Below, in pieces: positions 10,199 to 20,956 of a stretch of 64,000 nucleotides of DNA. Both the position numbers and the translations under genes were made by a program. The stretch comes from Porphyridium purpureum (taxonomy: Eukaryota): assembly GCA_008690995.1 (NCBI GenBank), contig VRMN01000003.1:682001-746000 (forward strand), read 5' to 3'. Position 1 is the stretch's first letter. The number at the start of each line of letters is the position of its first letter. The notes beneath the pieces are model-generated. The model was given only the letters and a program-made list of their open reading frames with translations. It ran no database searches and had not been told where the DNA came from.

Positions 10199-12535
10199 TC
10201 AAATGGGTTTGTTGTTCGCCTCGAATACAACCTGATGATTGTAGTAAACACGCATCCACTCAACAATATCAGTTCGCATGCCGCGCAAAATCTTTGCCTC
10301 ACAATTTACCGCATTGTCCTCGTTCCAGGCGCGGTACATAACTCGCCCGCTATCATCGGCGGACATCTCCAGCATGATGTTGTTCCTGTTGGAATCCCGA
10401 AAGACCTTCAACATGCTGCCATATTGCTCCACGGGATGGCCTGAGATTTCCGTGGGCGGACTGTGATTCGCCAACTTTTCGAACGCGTACTGAATGGTAT
10501 GAATCCCAGCGTACATGTCCGCCAGAACTTTCGTATGTTCAAACTTCTGAACGGCCACGTACACCCCGCAGTCCTCATATCGTTGCAGCGCAAGGTCGAT
10601 AAGCTGTTCGGACATGGTCAGCTTGCGGAGTTCATCACTACCAAAGAGCCGATTGGCCGCCTTCTGGTTCAGAACGAGCCCGAAGTAGCGTGCAGCGGAC
10701 GCTCGCACAGACATACTCGGACGGTAACACTCTGTGACATGAAGACCGGTTTCCCATTCTACGCTGAGGAGCATAGCGGACCAATCCGGGTCCTTCTTGT
10801 CCAGATCTATAATCATGGAGGGAATGCAGTCACGAAAGGCGCGATATCGGCAGAGCTCCTCGTCTGTCACAATGACGCAACGTGCGGGATGCTCACTCAG
10901 CAGCTCAGCAACAGCAGAAGCTGATTCGAGTTTGTACGTTTGCACGTTGGAGTCATACCCCCACAACAACATGACCTCATCGCAGAGAGCGCTCGACGGA
11001 AAGGCCGCATTAATGATCATTTCAGTGCCGAGGAAGCGGGACCAGAGTGGATAATCCATGTATGCCGCGACAGAATCCCCAACACCACGCATGGCAACAC
11101 CTCGACCGTCCTGTTGCGGCGTGACAACAGTTGCCAGCGAAGGCACGTCCGGCGATAATCCATTGTAAATCTGCTTAATCCTGCTTGCACACTCAGTATC
11201 TTCTGCCGGGCTAAAGATAAATGGCGCGTCAATTTTGAAGCCCATGGAGTGCTGAGCTACGGCATCCCCTCCGGACTCAAACGTGCATCCCAAGGGAACG
11301 TAAACGCCCCCGTATTTGTACACAATTTCCATCGCCAACAGTGTCACAGCCGTCGCGTCCATGCGCTTTGACGTGGAGTACAGATTGACGCAAAAGTACT
11401 CCGAGTTGACCAAGTCGTCGATGCAGTGCATTCTGTATTCGTATTCTGGATGCTGTGAACAGAACTTGCCATACCAAGTCATGGTCCATCGCTCCGGCTT
11501 GTTGCAAGAACGTGCGTCTGGCTCAAGGTAAATTTGATGGATCACTTTGGGCACTAGCTGCGACTCCCCGTCCCTGCGACTTTTTCTTTCGCTCGTCGGA
11601 AATGGTTTGAAGCGGCCAAACTCCCAATCCGTTTTTTTGGAATGAATACTGCACTCGACGGCCTTTCGGCAACGATTGTTCTGTGCAATCCAGTTTTCCA
11701 GTCCGCTGCAAGTGTAGCCAAACTGAAATGCATAGGATCGCGGAAACTTGGAAAGATCGATGGCGTCTGGATTGGGTACAAAATGGAAGAGTGGGTAGAA
11801 TTCGTTCGTCGGCCGGCACGAGAAAGGCATGTTTTGGTGAACAAGTACTTTTGTGGCGGCCAAAGGTCCTGTCACCCACTCCACGCCATGATACGGCCTC
11901 TTGTGGTCATAAATTTTCCGAATGTAGAGAATGAGCATGAGAATGAGCGGATGACCGGGCGTAACGGCAATGATCGAGTTTCCAATGACAGAATAAGGTT
12001 TGTCCTTTGTGTCTGGCTCGTACGAGATCATAAACTTGGTCGAATTATTTGCGTCCACCATGACCTCAGAGAGATCTTTACCCAACGAGACCATGTCCGC
12101 ATCAATGTAAACACCTCCGTATTTGTACAAAAGTTCTAGACGCAAGATGTCGGCCTTGCACTGGTATTTTTGCTCCTTGTCATAGAGATCCCTGTTCACC
12201 ATATCCATGGAGTGCACTTCGGAATCCGACCAAAGTTCGTATTTCCAGCCCGAAAATCGACCGAGGTACTCGATTCGCCAGCTGTCGAGCCAGACGCACG
12301 GCGCCTCGCGAGGGCCAATCCAGATCTGGTGGATGACCTTGGGGATGTCCTGTCGAGCAAGAGGCGAGTGGGCCAGGTACTCCCGAATGGCATCCTTCCA
12401 CTCATGCGCATTTTCCACGCGGCACTCACGCCCGTCCCAGTTACCGAACTTGCCAATATCAGCGACGTGCACGTCGTCTGGAAGCTTGATCCCGACGTCG
12501 AGGTACGACGCAGGCACCGTTAGCCCGGCCGCCAT
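10199..12535 (-). CDS. DXD-motif glycosyltransferase (GT32/Och1-like) with tandem GT domains
   Basis: Domain 1: IPKVIHQIWIG...KADILRLELLYKYGGVYIDAD...VTGP. Domain 2: VPKVIHQIYL...EIVYKYGGVYVPLG. First ATG at 12535. Confidence 0.85.
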   Translation of the reverse strand: MAAGLTVPASYLDVGIKLPDDVHVADIGKFGNWDGRECRVENAHEWKDAIREYLAHSPLARQDIPKVIHQIWIGPREAPCVWLDSWRIEYLGRFSGWKYELWSDSEVHSMDMVNRDLYDKEQKYQCKADILRLELLYKYGGVYIDADMVSLGKDLSEVMVDANNSTKFMISYEPDTKDKPYSVIGNSIIAVTPGHPLILMLILYIRKIYDHKRPYHGVEWVTGPLAATKVLVHQNMPFSCRPTNEFYPLFHFVPNPDAIDLSKFPRSYAFQFGYTCSGLENWIAQNNRCRKAVECSIHSKKTDWEFGRFKPFPTSERKSRRDGESQLVPKVIHQIYLEPDARSCNKPERWTMTWYGKFCSQHPEYEYRMHCIDDLVNSEYFCVNLYSTSKRMDATAVTLLAMEIVYKYGGVYVPLGCTFESGGDAVAQHSMGFKIDAPFIFSPAEDTECASRIKQIYNGLSPDVPSLATVVTPQQDGRGVAMRGVGDSVAAYMDYPLWSRFLGTEMIINAAFPSSALCDEVMLLWGYDSNVQTYKLESASAVAELLSEHPARCVIVTDEELCRYRAFRDCIPSMIIDLDKKDPDWSAMLLSVEWETGLHVTECYRPSMSVRASAARYFGLVLNQKAANRLFGSDELRKLTMSEQLIDLALQRYEDCGVYVAVQKFEHTKVLADMYAGIHTIQYAFEKLANHSPPTEISGHPVEQYGSMLKVFRDSNRNNIMLEMSADDSGRVMYRAWNEDNAVNCEAKILRGMRTDIVEWMRVYYNHQVVFEANNKPI

Positions 12536-12881
12536 GGCGACACCGAACCGATCTCCCAGGAATGCCCAGACCACAGAACAACAAGTTGCAGAGGCCTTCG
12601 CCAAGTATCGCGTGTGTTGCTTGTTTCTTGTTTCCGGCGTAGCTGGTTGCTTCGCGCACAGCGCGAAAGGCGATCGTCCACCTCACCTTGTAAATCTGAT
12701 CTCCCAACGTTCCATGTGTGTTCAGTAAGGACAAAACACATGATCGTGCGCGCCAAGCGGTGATTAACCCGTTTGTCAAGTTTGGGCTACCGGATTCCAT
12801 CTTGTGTGGTGTGGCATGGTCTGATGAGGAGCACGGCATGGTGGCACCTTTTCCTGGCGTATTCCGTACGGCGACTCATGA

Positions 12882-14030
12882 TCATAAACCTACCTCATCT
12901 ACCAGTTCAAAATCAAAGTCGGTCCAGTTTTCCTCCGCACTGTCCCCTACTTCTTCAACCTTTCTCCTGGAACGCAGACCAAACCGAACAACTGTCTGAA
13001 CAAGACGCTTGACCCGATCATCAAGCTGTGACGCACGTTCGACTTCGTGGGGACCCGGTTGTTTCATTCGCTTCAAATCCAACAGAGCCAGTTCAAGTAG
13101 CATGCGGCGGCCGAACAAGACTCGCATATTTTCGGACAGCGCGTCGAGAACGAACGCATTGTCAGCGTTTTCTCCGACATTTAGAAAACCTTCAACTACT
13201 TCCGTCTGAGCATGCAAGCTCTGCAGAGCAGGATGATCGTCAGTGTGCTTTGCGGAGATTTCATGGTTGAAATCCTCGACTAAAAGCAACAGAGCTGCCT
13301 CAATTTCATCACAAGCGCGCGTCACGTCCTGCAAAAGCGGGCGCCAGGATTGGGCCCTTTCGAAATCGTTCGCGAAGGTGATTTGAGCCTCCAGGCCATA
13401 CTTCTGGGCCACAGCATGAGCCTGTCCAGCTGATTCGGGAACACGGATCGCACATTCACGCAGAGCCAAGGTGAGAAAACATTTCAATCGCGGCTTGTGG
13501 CCGTAAGCTTGCGCCATGGAACCAAACATCTCTGGCATATTCTGCACAATCAAAGTGCTGAATCGACTCCAAGCTTTGGACCGCAGTACAAACAGAACAA
13601 GCGAGAGAACGGCGAATTTCTGCTTTCCTGTCGCGGCGTTTTGTCCACGTGCTGCCTTCCGATTCGACATGATGTGCGAACACGCGTGGCTGATGAGCGC
13701 CGCCTCAACCGCGCTCTTACGGCACGACTTCACCACTCGAGTTAAAGGGTCATTTTTGTTCGCGCACGCGAAACCAATGCGCTTACTGCTCCACAAGTCC
13801 AATGGTTGCAGGCCGCGCGGCCAGTGCCAGAGAATCAGCGCGTCCTGTACCATGTCCGCGCTCGTGCCGCTGCCAGACTCCGGCAACGGCGTCTGGGAAA
13901 TGGAGATGGGTTTCTTACCCTTTCGACGGTTCTGCGGCGACCCAATCTTTTCACTGTTTGACATTTTGTCGTCCTGGCAGAGCGGCAAGGATGTCGTCGC
14001 GCCGCCGGCGCTGGAAGACTTGCGGAGCAT
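12882..14030 (-). CDS. Hypothetical protein (382 aa), divergent from NUF2
   Basis: Long ATG-started ORF with helical, protein-like composition; no motif recognised. Confidence 0.65.
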   Translation of the reverse strand: MLRKSSSAGGATTSLPLCQDDKMSNSEKIGSPQNRRKGKKPISISQTPLPESGSGTSADMVQDALILWHWPRGLQPLDLWSSKRIGFACANKNDPLTRVVKSCRKSAVEAALISHACSHIMSNRKAARGQNAATGKQKFAVLSLVLFVLRSKAWSRFSTLIVQNMPEMFGSMAQAYGHKPRLKCFLTLALRECAIRVPESAGQAHAVAQKYGLEAQITFANDFERAQSWRPLLQDVTRACDEIEAALLLLVEDFNHEISAKHTDDHPALQSLHAQTEVVEGFLNVGENADNAFVLDALSENMRVLFGRRMLLELALLDLKRMKQPGPHEVERASQLDDRVKRLVQTVVRFGLRSRRKVEEVGDSAEENWTDFDFELVDEVGL

Positions 14031-14151
14031 GTAGACTTGCGCCCGGAGATGCGTTCGCCGACGTGGTCTCCGATGTGAGTTTCATTTACAGTACCCACCG
14101 CATGGAGTACAGTTTCCTTCATCTGCTGTACCTCATCAACTCGTTCACCTG

Positions 14152-14175
14152 TTTGAAAATTTGAAAATATTTGAA
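14152..14175. promoter_or_regulatory. Three TTTGAA (CHR-like) elements in the bidirectional NUF2 promoter
   Basis: TTTGAA at 14152, 14160 and 14170. Function is inferred from the known CHR consensus. Confidence 0.4.
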
Positions 14176-14295
14176 TGTCTCGCACAGGCTGTCGACGTTT
14201 CGTGCCGCGGGGTCGTACGGGATGTCCGGAACGCGCGCTGGATGGCGAGGCGAGGCGAGGCGCAGAGCTGAGCAGGCAGCAAAGAACAACGGAAG

Positions 14296-15729
14296 ATGTC
14301 GGGAAGGCCGGGGCTGCACGGACACAACCAACATGGCGGCGCACAGTCTTACGGCAGCGGAGCGCCGCCGCAGGTTCAGTATTCGTTCCCGATTCTCAAC
14401 TCATCAGAAATTCTACTGTGCATGTCCGAGCTGCAGATTCCCGTCAGCGAGGACATGCTGAAAAAGCCGAATGTCGACAGTGTCCGTCGCATGTTTGAGC
14501 AATTTCTAGGCTTCTTGCTCGAAGTCACGCCGGAGGAGCTTTCCCAGCCCGAGCTGCACGGTCTCGAGGCTCTTCAGTACCCAGAACTGCACGAGGAGTC
14601 GGTACAACTGATTGCATTTCATCGTTCAATGCAGAAGCTTATGGACGCGAGTGGCATTCCAGACTTCTCCATGCGAGACTACCTTTATCCTGAGTTCCAG
14701 CGCCTTCGCAGGCTTCTGTCTGGGGTGATCAACTTTGCCAAGTTCCGGGAAGAGCGTTTGGTTCGCTTTCAAGAACTAGCAGTGAAGTCAGATGGTATTC
14801 AGGAGCGAAAAGTGCAGTTGGAGCAGGAAAATGCAAGCTTGAAAGCAAGGCTTGAGACATTACTGCGGGAGCGCCGCGCGCACGAGCCAGAAGTGAACGA
14901 ACTGCAGGAGAGTATCAGAACACATATTACCGAAATGTCTCACCTCAGCTCGCAGCAGGCTGTGCTTCAGAATGAGATCCAAGAGCTCAAGACGGCGGTT
15001 GCTGAAATTAGCGACAAATTGGCGGAGACTAAATTGACGTTGCTGAATGAGCTGCAAGAGAAATCAAGGTTGCAGGCGCAGATCGTGCAAAGCCCAGATC
15101 GTGTTCGGCAAGAGATTGAATTCATGCAGGAACAGATTGATGAGGAATCAGCAAATGTCTCGAGTGTTGAGCAGCGCTCACGGGCGCTCGAGAAGCGTTC
15201 GGAAGCCTTGGAACAGTGCGAAGATGAGCTGCGAGAGCTTCTAAAGATTATGGAAGACTGCGAGCGTGAGATGGAGAGGCTTAAGAATATCCAAAAGGAA
15301 ACCAAGGAGCAACGCTCCAGAATTCTTGAGCAGGAGAATGAACGTCATGCGCTAGACCTGTCCGAGGCACATATCGCGCGCCAGATCAGCAGCATAGAAG
15401 ATCGAGTCGTAAAGGTCCAACAACAAGCCCGCGAGCGGCGAACGGGCGCGAAGACAATGCTTCAGCAGCTTCGCGTGGACCTTGACGAGGCTGCGCGCGA
15501 CAAGCGCGGCATGGCAGAAAAAGCCGAGGCCAATTGGCAAGTCACTCAGGAGACCCAAATCAAGATACGGGAGCTTAAGGAGTCGCACATCGAAAATGTG
15601 ACTGCGCTGACAAACAAGTATCATACGCTGGAGCAGTCGGTCCTGAGGTACCATAAGCAACTCTTCCATGCCATGGAGCGTGCCACAAACCATCAGACGA
15701 AGGGACAACAAGAACATCAATTCCTATGA
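14296..15729 (+). CDS. NUF2: Kinetochore protein Nuf2 (NDC80 complex)
   Basis: YSFPILNSSEILLCM, LKKPN, YPELHEES, LSGVINFAKFREER, IVQSPDR and a long coiled coil. Confidence 0.93.
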   Translation: MSGRPGLHGHNQHGGAQSYGSGAPPQVQYSFPILNSSEILLCMSELQIPVSEDMLKKPNVDSVRRMFEQFLGFLLEVTPEELSQPELHGLEALQYPELHEESVQLIAFHRSMQKLMDASGIPDFSMRDYLYPEFQRLRRLLSGVINFAKFREERLVRFQELAVKSDGIQERKVQLEQENASLKARLETLLRERRAHEPEVNELQESIRTHITEMSHLSSQQAVLQNEIQELKTAVAEISDKLAETKLTLLNELQEKSRLQAQIVQSPDRVRQEIEFMQEQIDEESANVSSVEQRSRALEKRSEALEQCEDELRELLKIMEDCEREMERLKNIQKETKEQRSRILEQENERHALDLSEAHIARQISSIEDRVVKVQQQARERRTGAKTMLQQLRVDLDEAARDKRGMAEKAEANWQVTQETQIKIRELKESHIENVTALTNKYHTLEQSVLRYHKQLFHAMERATNHQTKGQQEHQFL

Positions 15730-15750
15730 GCCTATCCCGGCGTCACCTCG

Positions 15751-17388
15751 TCAACGAGAGGATGCAGAAAGGGATCCACGCACGTACTTCAAGTAAAGAT
15801 ACTCATCTAGTCCATACTTTGATCCCTCCCTTCCGTATCCACTCTGCTTGATTCCTCCAAATGGCATCCTGCAATCGGAGATTGCCGTCGTATTGATTCC
15901 GACCATACCAACATCTAATGCTTGAGCTACGCGACTGCACTGACCGCTATCTTGAGAAAATACATATCCCGCAAGACCTGATACAGTGTCATTTGCTAGC
16001 CTGATCGCATCCAGCTCGTTCGCAAACCGAATGATGAAAAACAGTGGTCCAAACGTCTCCTCACCGAACGCTTTCATGCATGGCTGTCCTCCGACGACAA
16101 CAGTGGGTTCATAAAAGTTGAGACCAATTTTTGGAATACGCTTCCCACCACAAACCAGCTGTGCGCCATGATGCAATGCATCGGCAATATGAAGCTCAAT
16201 TTTCTCTACGGCTTCCTGGTGGATTAAAGGCCCAAAGAATCGAGAAGCATCCGGATTCGGCGAACACGGATCTTCCCCTGGATTATCCCAAAAATTATGT
16301 GGCTCCAGCTCACCAATACGCTGCACGAGTTTAGCGAGAAATCTGTCGTACAATAGATCATGGACGAGAATTCTGTTTGCGCTGACACAAGTTTGGCCAC
16401 AGTTCCGAATGACCTTATTGGAAACTAAAGCACTGACTGTTTCGGAGATATCTGCACTGCTAAAGATGAGCAGAGGTGCATTTCCACCGAGCTCCAAACT
16501 TAACCGTTGAACGTGGAGCGCAGATTGCCGGATGATCATCTTTCCAACCGCTGTCGAGCCAGTAAAACTAAGTTTGGCGACCTCCTTTCTTGTTGACAGG
16601 ACTCGACTTACAAGCGCAGGGTCTTTTGCAACCACAACATTGAAGGCGCCAGGGGCAATGCCAGCTCGAACTGCTAGGTCGGCGAGCGCCAGCGCGGTGC
16701 AAGTTGTTCGTTCCGACGGCTTTAGAACCGCTGTACAGCCAGCCGCCAGTGCTGCCGCAACTTTCCTGGTAACCATGGCCGCGGGAAAGTTCCATGGTGT
16801 CATCAAGCCCACCACACCTACAGCAACGCGCTCCACGCGTGCTTCCGGGTCGCAAGAGTAGTCGCCCTGAATTCGAAGGGCCTCCTCTGCAAACCACTCA
16901 ACGTAGGATTTTGCATACTGCACCTCTGCGTAGGCATCATACACGGTCTTGCCCGTTTCTGCGCAAATGATGCGAGCTAAATCGCCGGCATGATTTCGAA
17001 TGAGTTCACTCCACTTTCGGAGCAAAGATGCCCTGTTTCGTACACTCACTGCTCGCCACTGCTCAAACATACGAGCGGCCACGTCTACCGCGTAATGGGC
17101 GGCCATCTCTCCACCGTCGACGAGTTCAACCAGAACGGCTTCCTCGTCAGTTCGTGTCGATGGATCCATGACCAAAAAGGTTCCAGTCCTGCCTTCCCGT
17201 CCTTGATCTCCGCGACTCGGCATTTGTATCGCGTGATGTTCCAGTGGCAATGAGTCGATCGGTTCTACACATCTCCCGTCGATAAAGGACGAATCATGCA
17301 GCAAGCTCGAGTCGAGCATGATATCACTGAGATACTCCATGGCAGATTCCACTGCTCCCACATAGCCACGATTCTTGGGCGCCTGCAT
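15751..17388 (-). CDS. Succinate-semialdehyde dehydrogenase (ALDH5/GabD family); start uncertain
   Basis: TPWNFPAAMVTRK, LKPSE, SFTGSTAVGK, LELGGNAP, RNCGQTCVSAN, EETFGP, PFGGIKQSGYGREGSKYGLDEY. Confidence 0.9.
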   Translation of the reverse strand: MQAPKNRGYVGAVESAMEYLSDIMLDSSLLHDSSFIDGRCVEPIDSLPLEHHAIQMPSRGDQGREGRTGTFLVMDPSTRTDEEAVLVELVDGGEMAAHYAVDVAARMFEQWRAVSVRNRASLLRKWSELIRNHAGDLARIICAETGKTVYDAYAEVQYAKSYVEWFAEEALRIQGDYSCDPEARVERVAVGVVGLMTPWNFPAAMVTRKVAAALAAGCTAVLKPSERTTCTALALADLAVRAGIAPGAFNVVVAKDPALVSRVLSTRKEVAKLSFTGSTAVGKMIIRQSALHVQRLSLELGGNAPLLIFSSADISETVSALVSNKVIRNCGQTCVSANRILVHDLLYDRFLAKLVQRIGELEPHNFWDNPGEDPCSPNPDASRFFGPLIHQEAVEKIELHIADALHHGAQLVCGGKRIPKIGLNFYEPTVVVGGQPCMKAFGEETFGPLFFIIRFANELDAIRLANDTVSGLAGYVFSQDSGQCSRVAQALDVGMVGINTTAISDCRMPFGGIKQSGYGREGSKYGLDEYLYLKYVRGSLSASSR

Positions 17389-17997
17389 CTTGCCTCGGAC
17401 ACACACTCGGATGATCCGTGGGATAAGACCCGTCTTCGTTGATTGGCAGCGCACGACAGCAACGAAGCGCGACCAGGCATGTCCACCAACGATCAGTCAC
17501 GTGGCCGGATACACGGTCGCGATCACGCTGCGTGGCACTGTACCCTCGACGGGGAAGTTTGAGGCGCTTGAACGTGCGGGGTACGCCAGAGTCGAGCAAA
17601 AGTCGCCGATGGTCAAAGGGACTGAGCCGCGCCGAGCGTGCACGAGCTAGATGTTCACACACCGCTATTTTCAGTAGCTCCTCTTCCTTTTCGTCTTCGT
17701 GAACGTAACCAAGGAAAACCTGATTCTGGCGGCTCAGTTCAGGAACGGCGCACGTGCGGAAGCTTATTTCAAGTCTACGGGGCCTGATAATTTCATGCCT
17801 TACCTGTGGAATGCGTGGCATTGTACACGGGTTTAGTGGTGATACATTAATGGCGCGCTTCCATGTACAGAGTCAGTAATTTAGTTTTCAGTCAGCAGCC
17901 AAATAGGGCCGCAAGACACAAAACGTTCAGATCCTGAATGATGTGGCTGCGCAATATCCGGCGCCCACGGAGAGATGCACAGTGCTCGCCGCATGTT

Positions 17998-18402
17998 TCA
18001 ATTTCTGTTCTTTCTTCGAAGCAGGCCATGGGAGCGCTCCTTCAATTGGCCGATTAAGGATTTGCGCTTGTCCGTAATAAATTCTGAATACTCATCCATC
18101 ATTAATGAGACCCTCGAATCCGCGTGCGCAAAGTTTCTTTGCGACGGGATTATAGGCATGCTTGGCTCAGGATGATGATCGGCTTTCGCCTCCTTCTCTC
18201 TCTTCATTGTAGCTGTGGACGATGATGTCGATGTTCTGTTCGACAGCATTGTCCGTATCCCACTAACGGGTGAAAACTTGCGCGTCATCTCCTTCCTCGG
18301 ACTTTGTGAAGAGAGCTCGTCCCCATCATGACCGCGAGACGCACGCAAATTGATCGAGGAGGTGAACTTGGAGTTCGCCCTGTATATCACCGCAGCCTCC
18401 AT
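17998..18402 (-). CDS. Small hypothetical protein (134 aa, Ser-rich)
   Basis: ATG-started ORF in an otherwise empty interval; no motif recognised. Confidence 0.4.
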   Translation of the reverse strand: MEAAVIYRANSKFTSSINLRASRGHDGDELSSQSPRKEMTRKFSPVSGIRTMLSNRTSTSSSTATMKREKEAKADHHPEPSMPIIPSQRNFAHADSRVSLMMDEYSEFITDKRKSLIGQLKERSHGLLRRKNRN

Positions 18403-18926
18403 GCTGGTGCCAATTATTCACTGCGTCGTCAAGTCGAGAATACTCTTGCAAACTTTCCTGCGCTAGATGTGCAAACCGAGGAACCTGGCCTGTGACCTGC
18501 CTTGTTTCCGGGCAGACTGGGAGACGCATTTATACGGTGCGCACCGCGCATCCAAGCGATGCTCCACTCTGCAACAGACACACTGCAATGATTGAAGCAA
18601 AGACGAACGTCTGTGCGAGTGTTCTCCGAAAGACGTGGTCCCACGCGCGGGTTCCGCCATGCAAGTTGATTCCGTCCGAGTCGTCTCGATCCTGGTAATC
18701 ATTTCCTCCTACGAAGAGTCCGCGGCATGTAAGGTTTCGATATTGCCATTCCAAAATTCAACCCACCGGGGCTGACCCTAAAATTATCGTGTTCCAGGGC
18801 GCGAGTTCTATCGCCACCATGCGAGTGTTTTAATATGAAAGTGTCAGGCGCACGCTGGGCGGTCACTGGTCCATGCGGTGAACGCGGTCGCACGGTCCGA
18901 GCAGCGGCGCGCGATGCAAAGCGAAA

Positions 18927-18971
18927 GGATGGATGGATGGATGGATGGATGGATGGATGGATGGATGGATG
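18927..18971. repeat. (GGAT)11 microsatellite
   Basis: Perfect tetranucleotide repeat read directly from the sequence. Confidence 0.97.
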
Positions 18972-19108
18972 CAGGCATGCATGTTAGACAAACAGCATGG
19001 CCTTCCAAAGAGATTCCAATGGAAGACTTATACAAGTGATGCCACAGTGGGCCATCGAATGCGTCGCACAGTGGTCGCGCAGAATCAAAAGCCTCCCCGA
19101 TCTTCGTA

Positions 19109-20605
19109 TCATTTTGTAGGTTGCCGTGTTCCGGGAACTGGAAGCTCTTGCAGCCTCGCAGCAATCTGAGTCTTGTTCGCAGGCTCTATGTCAACCTTGT
19201 AAACTCGCAATTTCGAGCAGTCCGTATGAATAAATCTTGTGTCTTGATAGCTGTTCAAATAATCGCAGAATTGCGCAGGGTTGGGAGGGTCGTGCACGCC
19301 TAACCAGCATCTTCCGTGGAGCAGCACAACAGCTCCATCGACAAAACATTCCCCCTTGTCGTGCCGACAGGGCTGGAAATGGAAGCGCGGGGGTAGCACG
19401 TGGTAGCGCACGTTCCCAAACGACTCAAAATCCTCCAATTCTATTCCCCAGTATTTCTGATCACCTTCCCCGGGATGATTTAAAAGCACGCGAACAATCT
19501 CATGCATCAGCGTTGCTACAGTATGAATTTTTCGATACAGGATCACCCCTCCATTGAAGTCAAGGTTCTGACCACGAAGTATGTGCAAATGTGGAGACCG
19601 GACGTCGCGCGCGAGCGCAATGGCTGAGTACTTGAGTCCATCGAAAATTTCTTTCGGATCGGAGCAGAAGCGCGTATCTCCATCGACATACAGCGTTCTC
19701 TGGAATGGTGTGTAGAGCATAATGAGTAGCTTAATTATCCAGCCAAGGCCACCTGGGAAGCTGTCATGCGCGTCCTCCAGAACTGGATTGTAAATGATAT
19801 AATCAAAAAGTTTTGAGTGCTCTGATTTTAGAGCATCCATGGGCTTGTCTACAATGAGAGCAACACCAATGTTGGATTTCAAAACTAGTCTCAAGCTCTG
19901 AACGGAGTGAGCTATTTCAACCATGTACTTCTGAAATACGGAATCCTCTGAAGAAACATTCTGCCCCTGCCCTCCCACCTTGGACGTGCCGCTCACCCCG
20001 TACACAATTCCCAGTCTAAAGGCGGATGACACCACCTGAGCACCGACAAATGCGTCGCTCGTATTGCGCGCGTTCCGTGCCTTTTTTGCGGTTTCGCTCT
20101 GATACATAATCAAACTCTCTCTGAACAGCCATGCGTCCTTGAGGAGCTCGTTTTTGAGGCGATTGCCCACAATTGTGTCGGGGACACTTAGATGTGCCAA
20201 GACATGATGAAAGACGTGCACGCCATCTTCTTCATCCTCAAATAAGTACTGGTCCTCGTCCACCTCCTCTTTCGCATCGTTCTTTCTCAGCGTGATGTGC
20301 TTCTCCCTTCCCGCGCGAGAAAGAGGGGAATGGCCATGAATTGTGCCGTTAATGCGCCTGAACGCGTCAGCCTGGAGCTCCTTAAGCGCCGTGTACGCGC
20401 TGTGGTTTCGATCCAGCCAGCGGATTGCGCTGTTCGGGCCGTCGCCGTACTCCACGTCGCCAAGCGCCAGCAGGTTCATCAACACCACCAGAAACGTTAG
20501 CACCGCCACCACAGAGCCCAAACGCAGCGCCGTCACTCGACGGCTACTAGCTGCTGGCTGATACGCCTTGTCCTTTTCCAAGGCCTTCGGAGAATACATC
20601 GCCAT
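19109..20605 (-). CDS. Type II membrane GT-A (nucleotide-diphospho-sugar) glycosyltransferase, GT8-like
   Basis: N-terminal TM ([17 protein letters not shown]), stem, [12 protein letters not shown] (DxD), [11 protein letters not shown]. Confidence 0.8.
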   Translation of the reverse strand: MAMYSPKALEKDKAYQPAASSRRVTALRLGSVVAVLTFLVVLMNLLALGDVEYGDGPNSAIRWLDRNHSAYTALKELQADAFRRINGTIHGHSPLSRAGREKHITLRKNDAKEEVDEDQYLFEDEEDGVHVFHHVLAHLSVPDTIVGNRLKNELLKDAWLFRESLIMYQSETAKKARNARNTSDAFVGAQVVSSAFRLGIVYGVSGTSKVGGQGQNVSSEDSVFQKYMVEIAHSVQSLRLVLKSNIGVALIVDKPMDALKSEHSKLFDYIIYNPVLEDAHDSFPGGLGWIIKLLIMLYTPFQRTLYVDGDTRFCSDPKEIFDGLKYSAIALARDVRSPHLHILRGQNLDFNGGVILYRKIHTVATLMHEIVRVLLNHPGEGDQKYWGIELEDFESFGNVRYHVLPPRFHFQPCRHDKGECFVDGAVVLLHGRCWLGVHDPPNPAQFCDYLNSYQDTRFIHTDCSKLRVYKVDIEPANKTQIAARLQELPVPGTRQPTK

Positions 20606-20956
20606 GTTCGAGGCGCTTCTCGTCACTCAGCACCAGGCGTGTGGTCCACCGTGCCCTTTCCGCGCGAGCTGGTAGCCAGGGCATGTAATGGGATACCCTA
20701 ACGGCGGACATTGAATTCCCACCACGCTGCACAGGTGGCAACGACGGCAAGTGGAATTCAGAACATGAGCATACAAGGGGCACAGAAAGATTCGAGTTTG
20801 TCCATGGCGTGTGCCTGCGCTCTGACACAGGGCATGATTTGTAGGTTCGGATCAGCGTGGAAGCGCGCCCTTTCCCGTCAGCGCAACGATAAGCTCCTGC
20901 TGTGCGTATCTTTCCTGTATTTAGAGTGTATTTCACCTACATTTTTGCGGAATCAG

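Noticed and set aside
17324..17821. 165-aa minus-strand ORF overlapping the SSADH 5' end
   Set aside because: No recognisable motif; it cannot be told from a chance ORF without expression data.
18933..19169. MDGW-repeat ORF
   Set aside because: It is simply the translation of the (GGAT)n microsatellite.
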